In this document: positions 40,249-48,768 of the stretch, one piece after another
Layout: each line of letters starts with the position of its first letter
Position numbering within the stretch: the stretch's first letter is position 1
Virus record (IMG/VR): IMGVR_UViG_3300023174_000064
Coordinates: 32,001-96,000 of that record
From: a virus
Length of the DNA: 64,000 bases
Reading direction: 5' to 3' (one strand)
The notes under the pieces: generated by a model
What the model saw: the letters and a program-made list of their open reading frames with translations, nothing else
Databases searched by the model: none
What the model was told of the DNA's origin: nothing
Program-made: the position numbers and the translations under genes

Positions 40249-40270
40249 GCTATAAATTTCCTGATATAAT
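40242..40270 (+). promoter_or_regulatory. consensus sigma70 promoter, antisense, overlapping the gp55 start codon
   Basis: TTGACA (40242-40247) - 17 nt - TATAAT (40265-40270), with TGn extension and AT-rich upstream tract. Confidence 0.65.
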
Positions 40271-40297
40271 ATTTTGTCTGAGTTAATAAAGAACTAT

Positions 40298-41005
40298 TTA
40301 CTTATAGTCTTCCGAGTGGGGATCAGCATTCCAATCTGTCCACTCGTTTCCCAGATCCTTCTTATCTTTTTTATTCCCGGTATACTTGGTAGGATTCATA
40401 CCCTCACCATTGGTGCTGGTAATTTCATCAATCATATCACCAAGTTCTTTTCGATCAAGTATACCTGAGCGAAGAAGTTCAACGATAACTTCTGGTGAAA
40501 AGATCATGTTCATAAACACCATTTTATCATCAAATTTAGGTTTTGCAAGATCTTTTAAGTTGGTTTCTTCTTCTGGGATATTGGTTAGATCTTCCATCAT
40601 TTGTTCCAGTTTACGACGCATATTGTCTAATGCAATTTGATCGTCTAACTCATCTTTTACTGGGGGTGGAAGTTGTGGTGGTTTATTTAAATTAACAGCT
40701 TTTGGTTTTTTGCTGTACTTATCTTCTTTAAACTTTTCTGCTTCGTATAAACTGGTAACTTCTGGAGTTGGTTCTAGTATGGTATTAACCGAGTCTAAAG
40801 AAATGTTAGTTTTAACTTCTGAAGAAAGAATCAACCAATTCTTGAGCATAAAGATTTCTCGCATGCCTCCAAACAAATCTGGAGAAACCATAGTCTTGAA
40901 AACCATGGGTCGGTGAAGACGAAGTTTACCGTCTTTAGTTTTGCGAACATCTGCAATAATGTCTTCACCCGATTTCATTTTGAGTATCTTGTATGTTTTT
41001 CTCAT
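40298..41005 (-). CDS. conserved T4-like hypothetical protein between uvsW and gp55
   Basis: KILKMKSGEDIIADV N-terminus typical of the small beta-barrel ORF at this position in T4-like phages. Confidence 0.7.
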   Translation of the reverse strand: MRKTYKILKMKSGEDIIADVRKTKDGKLRLHRPMVFKTMVSPDLFGGMREIFMLKNWLILSSEVKTNISLDSVNTILEPTPEVTSLYEAEKFKEDKYSKKPKAVNLNKPPQLPPPVKDELDDQIALDNMRRKLEQMMEDLTNIPEEETNLKDLAKPKFDDKMVFMNMIFSPEVIVELLRSGILDRKELGDMIDEITSTNGEGMNPTKYTGNKKDKKDLGNEWTDWNADPHSEDYK

Positions 41006-42494
41006 TGGACTCCTTTGGTAACTGAATAGAAATCAACTTGTACGGAAATCTCTCATTAGTATATATTTTTAGTCTAGCACCAAGATGGTTCATTCCGTGG
41101 TTGGTATAGCTCTTGTAACGTAGATCGTCTGCAATATCAAATAATTTCATTTGTTGTTTGGTATCACTTCTTCGCAATCCGCGACCAATCGATTGCAAAA
41201 CTCTAATTATAGATTTGGACGGAGAAGCAAAAACTACATTATGAATATTTTTAATATTGATACCAGTACTGCAAGTTCCATAAGAAGCCAACAGTATTGA
41301 ATCAGATCCTTTATCTACCGCTTTACGAATTTGTTCGCGTTCGTCTACTTCGGTTTGACCGTGAATAAAGTAAACCGGTTTTGTGGAATCTTTTTGTAGT
41401 ATTTCGTGTAACGGTTTTCCTTGCAGTTCCACAAAGTTAAAAAGAACTAAAGTGTTGCCTGTCAGCTTACTACACAAATTTTTAATAAACTGATTGCGTC
41501 TAGGATTGCTAACAACCCAACGTATCTCGTCTACGTATGTCATCTTCTTGGTTGTTTGAATGTCTTCTGGAGAGTACTGAAATTGTAAACAATCAATATT
41601 GATTTGTGAAAGTAAGTCTTGATCAATTAATTTTTTGGTTGTGGTGGTATGATACGTTGGCCCAAATAATCCCTCAATAACCAGTTTATGGGTTTGTGTG
41701 CCATCCAAAGTACCGGTTGTGCCTATACGGTATTTGGTTTTCTTGGCCTTGCTCATAATAGAAGAAAGTGATTTGGCTTTAAACAAGTGGCACTCGTCTC
41801 CAAACACTCCCATAAAGTCTTCAAAGTAAGCAAACGGTTGATTGTAAATACTTTGCCAAGTGGAAATAATTATTCTCTTAGTGGAAGTTTTGTCCTTTCC
41901 AGACATTACTGTGTGGATGTTTCGGTCTGCTTTCCACGAGTCTTGTTTGGAATAATCTCGAAAATCTGCCAACATTTGAGCAACCAGACTGGTGGTTGGA
42001 ACAATTATCAACAACTTTCCTGTTGGGTTCTTATCCAACATCCAACGGCACAGCAGGTAGATCATCATGGACTTACCAGAGCCTGTAGGAGACACTAGGA
42101 GGGCCCTGGATCGATTCAGAGCGTGTTGGACGGCCTCTACCTGGTAATCGTATGGTTGGATGGGTTTACCGCCTGCACTGAGTGGCAAACTTTGAATGAA
42201 TTGCTTGACTTCTTCTGGCTTGGGAGTATCGTATGGAACCGGAATATGCTCCCAAGTGTACCCACGATCTTTAGCAAACTTGATTACAAGGTCTATCAGA
42301 CCTGCGTAAATGGTCTGGGTGTACAGATTAAAAAGACGAATTTTTCCATCCCAAAGACGCTTTTTGAAAGCTGGGGTGTATTGAAAATTGGGAACAGTAA
42401 ACGTAAAATAACCGTTTAGTTCTCTGGCTAAAGAACGATCACACTCAATCTTTAAATCGACAGCATCAGGTTGTGTGATACGTATATCTGCCAA
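40965..42494 (-). CDS. uvsW: DNA helicase UvsW
   Basis: WDGKIRLF, SPTGSGKS, STWQS, GDECH, GTTGT, QSIGRGLR; TTG start directly after uvsY stop. Confidence 0.96.
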   Translation of the reverse strand: MADIRITQPDAVDLKIECDRSLARELNGYFTFTVPNFQYTPAFKKRLWDGKIRLFNLYTQTIYAGLIDLVIKFAKDRGYTWEHIPVPYDTPKPEEVKQFIQSLPLSAGGKPIQPYDYQVEAVQHALNRSRALLVSPTGSGKSMMIYLLCRWMLDKNPTGKLLIIVPTTSLVAQMLADFRDYSKQDSWKADRNIHTVMSGKDKTSTKRIIISTWQSIYNQPFAYFEDFMGVFGDECHLFKAKSLSSIMSKAKKTKYRIGTTGTLDGTQTHKLVIEGLFGPTYHTTTTKKLIDQDLLSQINIDCLQFQYSPEDIQTTKKMTYVDEIRWVVSNPRRNQFIKNLCSKLTGNTLVLFNFVELQGKPLHEILQKDSTKPVYFIHGQTEVDEREQIRKAVDKGSDSILLASYGTCSTGINIKNIHNVVFASPSKSIIRVLQSIGRGLRRSDTKQQMKLFDIADDLRYKSYTNHGMNHLGARLKIYTNERFPYKLISIQLPKESNEKNIQDTQNEIG

Positions 42495-42929
42495 TTAAAC
42501 TCCTTGGGTAAATTTCAACCAGTCAATCATGGCTCGGATTTGCCATTGACGATTTTGTACAATTTTAATTACACTTTCCAGATAACTAACTTTTTCTTCT
42601 TGAAAGTTAACCTTTTCAGAAGCCTTGATGTAGTCTACATCCGATTCAATCATGTCATCTGCTTCTGTCTTTAGGATGTTTAATTCGAACGGTTCCCAGC
42701 CAAACTGAGTCAATTCTTCTTGACTCATTCGACCAGTATAGTAAAGCCATTTATTTCTGCGAAGAACAGACAACTCGCTGTTCATTCGTTTTAGTTTTAA
42801 CTTTTCATCCATAAACATAACCAGATATTTGTTGTGAAGTTGTGGTGTTCTGGAAGACTCTGCATCAAGAGCAGTTTGATCAATATCCAGATCTTTTTTA
42901 ATCATTACTTTTAATTCATCTAGGTTCAT
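42495..42929 (-). CDS. uvsY: recombination mediator UvsY
   Basis: P.LHNKYL, WLYYTG, R.WQI...IDW.KF..G. Confidence 0.92.
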   Translation of the reverse strand: MNLDELKVMIKKDLDIDQTALDAESSRTPQLHNKYLVMFMDEKLKLKRMNSELSVLRRNKWLYYTGRMSQEELTQFGWEPFELNILKTEADDMIESDVDYIKASEKVNFQEEKVSYLESVIKIVQNRQWQIRAMIDWLKFTQGV

Positions 42930-42935
42930 AATAAT

Positions 42936-42963
42936 ATTATATCACAAAATTACGGAGTTTCAA
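42936..42963 (-). promoter_or_regulatory. sigma70-type promoter for uvsY, probably leaderless
   Basis: TTGAAA - 16 nt (ending TGA) - TATAAT - 6 nt - ATG 42929. Confidence 0.7.
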
Positions 42964-43450
42964 GTGGTTCTACAGTATATCCTGAATGCGCAAATTTAAC
43001 AGAAGCAATTACTTCTGTTGTTGTGGTAGTATTTACTGCAAATTTTATTCCACTTACATATTGAGGAAATACATTTTTAAAATGAACCTTTATCTTAGGT
43101 CTATAAGAGCTGTTTGTAATTAAAAGAGTTGCGTCTGAAACTTTTTCGCTATATGGAAGAGTGTTACAATCTGAAGTATAATTTCCTGTTGTTTTTATCC
43201 AATTGTGTAATTCTGTCCAATTTTTTAAATTTTCATCTACGCGAAAAGTTAATTCCAATTCTTCAAACCGAAACGCTCCTGTTGGTATTTTAACTGGATG
43301 ACCAAATATAGTTGGTTGATCCGCAGTACCAAAACCTATCCCAGGTAAATTTATTGTTTGACAAAAATAAACTACGCCAGGAACGCGATTCAATATAAAT
43401 TGAAAATAATTTACTAAAAGTGGGTTGTGTGATCCGGTAAATCCTACCAT
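42950..43450 (-). CDS. gp3: tail tube terminator / tail completion protein
   Basis: F.L.R.P.V.YFCQ..NLPGI, F.VDE.L.NW.E..NW, SDATL.I, F..VFP; position after gp23. Confidence 0.88.
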   Translation of the reverse strand: MVGFTGSHNPLLVNYFQFILNRVPGVVYFCQTINLPGIGFGTADQPTIFGHPVKIPTGAFRFEELELTFRVDENLKNWTELHNWIKTTGNYTSDCNTLPYSEKVSDATLLITNSSYRPKIKVHFKNVFPQYVSGIKFAVNTTTTTEVIASVKFAHSGYTVEPLETP

Positions 43451-43458
43451 ATTACTAT

Positions 43459-43466
43459 TATTTATG
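43459..43466 (-). promoter_or_regulatory. putative late promoter for gp3
   Basis: CATAAATA directly after the gp23 terminator, 8 nt before ATG. Confidence 0.65.
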
Positions 43467-43472
43467 TAAACG

Positions 43473-43502
43473 AAAAGGGCTCCCTTTTTAGGGGGAGCCC
43501 TT
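43473..43502 (-). terminator. rho-independent terminator after gp23
   Basis: Stem AAGGGCTCCC / GGGAGCCCTT followed by a short T run on the minus strand. Confidence 0.85.
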
Positions 43503-43528
43503 AGCGTTAGTTTTAGTTAAGGTTTAGA

Positions 43529-44962
43529 TCAGAGACCGAAACCAGTGTTACCGTGGAGATTATTGACGGCAAAGATACGGTAGTATTGGTTACCACCGAG
43601 AGCGTTGATGTCAGTGTTCTCGGCGAATGGATTGGATACCATGCCGTAACGAGTCTTGAAGCCGATCTTGGGTTGGAAAGTGCTTTGATCGACTGCACGT
43701 ACCATTTGTAACGGAACGTATGGGCAGTAGAACACACCAGCGTCGTATGGGCTTGCACCACGATAGCCGACTAGGCAGAAGTTTGCACCAGCAGCAGCGT
43801 ATGGATCGATATAAACCTTGAACTTGCCGTTTAGAACGCCAGCAAAAGTGTTGCCGGTGTCATCAACCTCTAGTTGAGTTTGTAGAGCAGGAGTTAGGTT
43901 TAGGAATCCACCCATGGCGAGAGCTGAAGCTACGTCGCTTGAGCAAACGATGAAGTTACCCTTACCACGACGAGTTTCCTTGGCGATTTGGTTAGCTTCA
44001 CGTTCGATTTGGAACATGAGACCACGGAAACGTTCTGCACTCCAACGACCATCAGAGTCGGTGTTTAGATCGTAAACACCACCAGTGGTGAGATCGGCTT
44101 GTTGGCAACCAGTCTTGGCAGTGCGGTATAGGGTGTAGATTAGCTCGCGGTTGATTTCGTTGAGAATTTCAGTGCTAAGAATGTTAGCAAGTTCGCTCTC
44201 AGCGTCAAGACCGTGAACAGCCTTTAGATCTTGAGCTAGCTCAGTGCTGTACTCTGCCTTTAGGGCGCGAGTCTTGGCTTCTACAGCTAGACGCTCAATG
44301 CTGAATGCCATTTGGTTGAAGTTTAGTTTGCCACTTTCGCCTAATTCTTCACCAACGTTGGTTAACATACCACGGAAGCTGTTGATATCAAAGCTGCTTT
44401 CGCGGATACCAAAGTTGGCACCTTGAGCAAAACCACCGTTGTTGCTACCGCTAACACCGATAGGGTTGATGCCTTGGTTAGCAGCAGTGGCAGCACCAGC
44501 AGAGGTGTTACCTGAACCACCGAACTTAGCAAAAACTTCTTGGAATAGAGCTTCGCGGCCTACACCAACGCTACCGCTTTCGGTTTGAGACTGATAGCGT
44601 GAACGCATGGCAAAGATTAGACCGGTTGGTGCACTCATTGGTTGCACGCCAGCTAGATCGTAAGCCATTAAGTTTGGCATGCTACGACGAACTAGGCTGA
44701 TTAGAATAGGATCGTAACCTGCGAGGTTAGAATTACCACCTGCAGCTTGTGTTACTCGGAAACCGCCTGCACCCATGGCATTGGCAGGGGCTTCAATAAG
44801 ATATTGCTCACGAAGAGCCTTCTCTTGATTTTCTAGTAGCATAGCAGTACACTTTTTCTTGTACGAATCTGAAATTGAAGGAATAGCCTCGTGTTCTAGT
44901 AGAGGGTTCCATTTTTCTACGAGTGTATCGTAGGGGGTAGTTTCGTTAAAATCCATTGACAT
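43529..44962 (-). CDS. gp23: major capsid protein
   Basis: LLENQ, DPILISLVRR, GVQPM..PTGLIFAMR, RALKAEYS.ELAQDLKAVHGLDAE, FYCPYVPL, FQPKIGFKTRYG. Confidence 0.99.
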   Translation of the reverse strand: MSMDFNETTPYDTLVEKWNPLLEHEAIPSISDSYKKKCTAMLLENQEKALREQYLIEAPANAMGAGGFRVTQAAGGNSNLAGYDPILISLVRRSMPNLMAYDLAGVQPMSAPTGLIFAMRSRYQSQTESGSVGVGREALFQEVFAKFGGSGNTSAGAATAANQGINPIGVSGSNNGGFAQGANFGIRESSFDINSFRGMLTNVGEELGESGKLNFNQMAFSIERLAVEAKTRALKAEYSTELAQDLKAVHGLDAESELANILSTEILNEINRELIYTLYRTAKTGCQQADLTTGGVYDLNTDSDGRWSAERFRGLMFQIEREANQIAKETRRGKGNFIVCSSDVASALAMGGFLNLTPALQTQLEVDDTGNTFAGVLNGKFKVYIDPYAAAGANFCLVGYRGASPYDAGVFYCPYVPLQMVRAVDQSTFQPKIGFKTRYGMVSNPFAENTDINALGGNQYYRIFAVNNLHGNTGFGL

Positions 44963-44987
44963 TTTTAGTTTCTCCTTGATTTAAAGT

Positions 44988-44995
44988 TATTTATA
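44988..44995 (-). promoter_or_regulatory. T4 late promoter for gp23
   Basis: Exact TATAAATA upstream of SD AAGGAG and ATG 44962. Confidence 0.85.
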
Positions 44996-45007
44996 CTTTA
45001 GTAATTT

Positions 45008-46009
45008 TTAGTAAGTCTTAGTTTGACGCGACAGAGCATTTACATATACAGACATGGGGCCTTCAGTGACTGCAGGTGCATTCCATTGCTCTGTAAGTGT
45101 TTCGGTTTGTTGGGCAACTACTGGAGCAGCCTTCAGATAATTTTCTTTGAGAATTAGAAGCTTGTTTTGGAAGTCTTGAGCGTTGCTGAAATCAATGCTC
45201 TCGGCTAGAGAAGCAAGACGTTCAGCGTCTACTTGAGACATATCAGAAACAGTGCTTAGGAAAATAGCACGAGCTTGACCAGCAGTGACTTCTCGGTTGA
45301 GATTCATGTTGGTTTGAATTTGCTCATTGAGAGCAGATTCTAGTTCTTGGTTCTCGTTAAATAGATCTTCAAGAATATCATGCTTCTTTTCTGGAACTTC
45401 AATGTAGTGAGTCTCGAATAGGCTCTTGAGACCACCAATAAAGCTTTCAGAAATTTCGGTACGAATACCGTTTTCTACGGCTAGCTTGTTTTCTTTCATC
45501 CACTCGTCTACAGCATAGTTTAAATACTCGTCTAGACGAGTTGCTAGTTCTTCAGTAACCTTTTGTACTTCTTCTTGAATGATTGAAGCACTTTCACGAA
45601 GAACTTGTTCACGAATCTTGGTGGTGCGCTCGTTGAGAGCAGCTTCAAAGATTACAGCAGTCTTGCTCATGAATTCTTCAGACAGATTTTCACCGTTAAA
45701 TAGTGAACCAAGATGTTCTTGGATTGTGTCTGGAATTTCGTCTTCATGTGCAGCCTCTTGGTCAGGAAGATCTTGACCTGCAGCTGTTGCGTGAGCAGCA
45801 GCCACGTCTCGTGTTTCCTTGGATCGTCTGGCTGCATCACCAGCAAATTGTGCACCGCCTGGACGAAGGCTCATTTGATTGCGTTGAGCACTTCCTTCCA
45901 TCCAACTGGTGTCAAGGGTACCAAGAAATGGTCCCTTACCTGTGGCATCCATTGCACCTTTGCCTGTTGCATCCATTACTACGGGTCGTTGTTGTTGTGT
46001 CTTTTTCAT
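45008..46009 (-). CDS. gp22: prohead core scaffold protein
   Basis: LSEEF..K...IFEAA, YL.Y...EW..EN.LA...GI..EI.ESF..GLK.LF..HYIEVP, M..Y..AL. Confidence 0.93.
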   Translation of the reverse strand: MKKTQQQRPVVMDATGKGAMDATGKGPFLGTLDTSWMEGSAQRNQMSLRPGGAQFAGDAARRSKETRDVAAAHATAAGQDLPDQEAAHEDEIPDTIQEHLGSLFNGENLSEEFMSKTAVIFEAALNERTTKIREQVLRESASIIQEEVQKVTEELATRLDEYLNYAVDEWMKENKLAVENGIRTEISESFIGGLKSLFETHYIEVPEKKHDILEDLFNENQELESALNEQIQTNMNLNREVTAGQARAIFLSTVSDMSQVDAERLASLAESIDFSNAQDFQNKLLILKENYLKAAPVVAQQTETLTEQWNAPAVTEGPMSVYVNALSRQTKTY

Positions 46010-46031
46010 ATATTTTTCCTAATGGTAATGT

Positions 46032-46039
46032 TATTTATA
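46032..46039 (-). promoter_or_regulatory. T4 late promoter for gp22
   Basis: Exact TATAAATA upstream of ATG 46009. Confidence 0.8.
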
Positions 46040-46078
46040 ATTATTATTTTTTCAAAAATACTAGTAAATTTACGCTTT

Positions 46079-47338
46079 TTAAATCATTCCGTATCGTAGA
46101 TCTTTTTTCATCATCATTAAACGTCTGGCAGCTTCAGTATTCATCTGATCAATATAATTATTTGCCACTTTTCCTGCTAATTTTGCTGTTCCACCAAGAG
46201 CAACACCTGTGGTTTTAGCAAGCGCACCACTTGTTTTGTCGCCCAGCAAATTGGCTGCTATATTTCCTACCACACCGGTAGTAGCGTTCACAGCAATACC
46301 CAGAGGATTTGTTAAATCTAAGATATTTTTATAGTGCTTCATTTGTTCTGCACCTATACCTGACGGATCAAAAATGGCAGCTTGAGCCACTCGACCACTT
46401 CTGATCTTTGCCATAGTTTCTGGAGAAGTTGCAGCCAACATTCTAAAAAAGTTGGTTGTGTCTTCACCAGGAACAGGTTTAGTCATTCTGGAATAAGTTT
46501 CTGCAGCTTTCTTGGGATTTAAAGAAACGTCTAAAGCTTCTGCGGCTGTATCTTTAATTTTTCCAACTACGTCTTTAAATCCTTCGATGTATTTGTTATT
46601 TTGAGTCCACTTGTCAGATTCAATTTTTTTAAATCTTGCTGGATCTTCAGCCTTCATCGCACTAACAGAACCAGAAGGAGTCACGATTCCAGACTCTTGA
46701 TCTGTATCTAAAAGTTTTTCATTTAGAGTAACACTTTCAAGTAAAGACTTTAATGAATTAGGTCTAAATCTGAGAGTTTGTTCAAATATACCACGACTAG
46801 AACGGTTCATTCTAGCCAATCTGGCTGAGTGTCTAGCAGCAGCAAGTTCTTCTGATCGCTTTAATTCATTTTCTTCTGCTCGTTCTCTCATTCTATTTAA
46901 ACGAGCATCTCTTTTTGCTTTTCGTTCTCCTTCCAGTTCCTCTGGAGTTTTTGCTTTTCCGTATCCTTTTACTTTTGGTTTAACAGGAGGTTTTGGAGGT
47001 TCGGGAGTGGGCTCGGGCTTGGGTGGTTCGGGAGTGGGCTCGGGCTTGGGTGGTTCAGGTTCTGGATTAGGAACTAGACCTGGTGGTGGTTCACCGGGAG
47101 CTGGTGGTTGTGGTTCTGGATTAGGAACTAGACCTGGTGGTGGTTCACCGGGAGCTGGTGGTTCAGGTTCTGGATTAGGAACTAGACCTGGTGGTGGCTC
47201 CGGTTCAGAAACTCCTTGTTTATCTGTATTATTATTTTTGTTTTTATCTTTATCTTTACCACCAGCATTACCAGCAGTATCCATTATTGATGGTGGAGTA
47301 ATAACACTTTCTAATAAATTTTTTAATTTGATTTTCAT
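46079..47338 (-). CDS. Pro-rich repeat protein, possible internal head protein
   Basis: 419 aa between gp21 and gp22; PE/PK tandem repeats; repeated L-x-E sites. Confidence 0.65.
   Translation of the reverse strand: MKIKLKNLLESVITPPSIMDTAGNAGGKDKDKNKNNNTDKQGVSEPEPPPGLVPNPEPEPPAPGEPPPGLVPNPEPQPPAPGEPPPGLVPNPEPEPPKPEPTPEPPKPEPTPEPPKPPVKPKVKGYGKAKTPEELEGERKAKRDARLNRMRERAEENELKRSEELAAARHSARLARMNRSSRGIFEQTLRFRPNSLKSLLESVTLNEKLLDTDQESGIVTPSGSVSAMKAEDPARFKKIESDKWTQNNKYIEGFKDVVGKIKDTAAEALDVSLNPKKAAETYSRMTKPVPGEDTTNFFRMLAATSPETMAKIRSGRVAQAAIFDPSGIGAEQMKHYKNILDLTNPLGIAVNATTGVVGNIAANLLGDKTSGALAKTTGVALGGTAKLAGKVANNYIDQMNTEAARRLMMMKKDLRYGMI
46998..47200. repeat. in-frame tandem repeats (2 x 27 bp and ~3 x 54 bp)
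   Basis: ggttcgggagtgggctcgggcttgggt twice; ggttctggattaggaactagacctggtggtgg at 47058, 47112, 47166. Confidence 0.92.
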
Positions 47339-47982
47339 TTTAATTTTCTTAAAAAGTCTTCAAATAATTTTACAGCTTTTTGTTCTAGTTGACGTGCAGA
47401 TACTTTAGAAAGTTCTCGGTGATACTCTTCAATTTGACGTTCAACAAGCATACCATTATCCCAGATCCACTCTTTGCCTTCCATGATACCGTTTACGAAA
47501 GCGTTAGGCGCAGAAGGATCAGCAACAATATCTACAGCGGAAAGCATGAAGTCAGGCTGAACTTCATTGTAACCATTTCTGGCTTTCAGTGAACCCATAC
47601 CACGAGTTGAAACGCCAAGACGAGCACCTTCATTGATCAGATTTTTAACAATCTCACCCATTGGAGTGCTCATAACTTTAGCTTTACCGTACACATCAGA
47701 ACCATCACATTTAAATTCTTTAATAATAATTGCAACACGGTCTAAGTTTACTGTTGGACCTGCTGGATGATTTAGTTCACCAAACGCACGGCTGTTGTTT
47801 ACAAACTCTTTGGTGTAACGATTAACTTCATTTAACAGAATGTGTTTTGGGTACATTCTTTTGTTTCGATTGAGGGTATCGGCTTGCATGAAGGTACCTT
47901 CAATGAAATAATTTTTGCCACCGTCAGCAGCTGCTTCGGTTAAAAACTCTACTTGTTCAACTGTCTCGGTTATTAGTTTCAT
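47335..47982 (-). CDS. gp21: prohead protease
   Basis: MKLITE, NRNKRMYP, GELNHP, GVSTRGMGSL, DIVADPSAP.AFV.GIME. Confidence 0.97.
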   Translation of the reverse strand: MKLITETVEQVEFLTEAAADGGKNYFIEGTFMQADTLNRNKRMYPKHILLNEVNRYTKEFVNNSRAFGELNHPAGPTVNLDRVAIIIKEFKCDGSDVYGKAKVMSTPMGEIVKNLINEGARLGVSTRGMGSLKARNGYNEVQPDFMLSAVDIVADPSAPNAFVNGIMEGKEWIWDNGMLVERQIEEYHRELSKVSARQLEQKAVKLFEDFLRKLK

Positions 47983-47987
47983 TGATT

Positions 47988-48350
47988 TCAGTCTTCCTCT
48001 TCTTCTGAATCTTCGTCATCTTCTTCTGAGTCCTGATCATCTTCCTCATCTTCTTCTTCTTTGGGCTCACCTTCTTCTTCTTCCTCAGGTTGCTCCTCGT
48101 CCTCGGTTTCATCATCATTACCCCCTGCCCATTGAGTTGAAGCCTCTTCCCAACCAGAAATTTTGCCGTCACGATTCTTATCAGCTTTTTTGGCATCCCA
48201 CTTTTCAAAAATAGTGGGAGCAAAAGCTTCGTATTTTTCATTCAAAGCATTTGTTAGAGCTTCATTTAATTTTTCTTTAATTAAGCTTTGAGCTTGAACT
48301 AAATTCTCGTTCATTACGAGGTTTATAAAAGTTTTTAGAGAATTATTCAT
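47988..48350 (-). CDS. acidic prohead core protein (gp67/gp68 position)
   Basis: Helical N-terminus, EF-hand-like loop, poly-E/D tail; synteny between portal and protease. Confidence 0.65.
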   Translation of the reverse strand: MNNSLKTFINLVMNENLVQAQSLIKEKLNEALTNALNEKYEAFAPTIFEKWDAKKADKNRDGKISGWEEASTQWAGGNDDETEDEEQPEEEEEGEPKEEEDEEDDQDSEEDDEDSEEEED

Positions 48351-48768
48351 TTTTAGACCCTTGTTTTTTATTTTCTAACCTGGCCAAGTTTAATACTCGG
48401 TTAAAGGTTTCTTGTGATTCAGACAGTAATTTTACCATTCTTTCTTTGTTGTCATTATTTAGGTTTTTATATAGTTTAGACACCATTTCACGATCTTCTT
48501 CGGTTAGAACACCAATATTTCCGTCTTTTAATTTATATGTTTTTTCAAACAATAAATCTGTAATAACTTTTGTTTCCTGTATATCTGGCATAATAATTTT
48601 AGACAAAGCAGTTTTTTCAAGAATTTTTAACAAATTTTGACTTTCTGATTTGTGAATTCTTTCCATAAGAATAGCAGCACGTTCTCTCAATTCTTCCCCC
48701 AAGACGGTTTGAAATTGTTGGTTTTTGCCTCTAAGAATCATTTCTACTAATCTTTGTGGTGTGCTCAT
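48343..48768 (-). CDS. putative prohead core protein (gp67/gp68 position)
   Basis: 141 aa ORF overlapping the portal stop; synteny only. Confidence 0.55.
   Translation of the reverse strand: MSTPQRLVEMILRGKNQQFQTVLGEELRERAAILMERIHKSESQNLLKILEKTALSKIIMPDIQETKVITDLLFEKTYKLKDGNIGVLTEEDREMVSKLYKNLNNDNKERMVKLLSESQETFNRVLNLARLENKKQGSKNE

Noticed and set aside
40274-40468. 64-aa + strand ORF downstream of the antisense promoter
   Set aside because: Its TTG start lies at or before the predicted TSS (~40277) and it overlaps a conserved gene; an untranslated antisense RNA is more plausible.
46998-47200. Tandem repeats as a possible CRISPR array
   Set aside because: Units are contiguous, multiples of 3, encode Pro-rich peptide and lack unique spacers.
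47957-48241. 94-aa basic minus-strand ORF overlapping the acidic core gene
   Set aside because: Alternative frame of the GAA/GAT-rich tail; the 47988-48350 frame fits synteny better.
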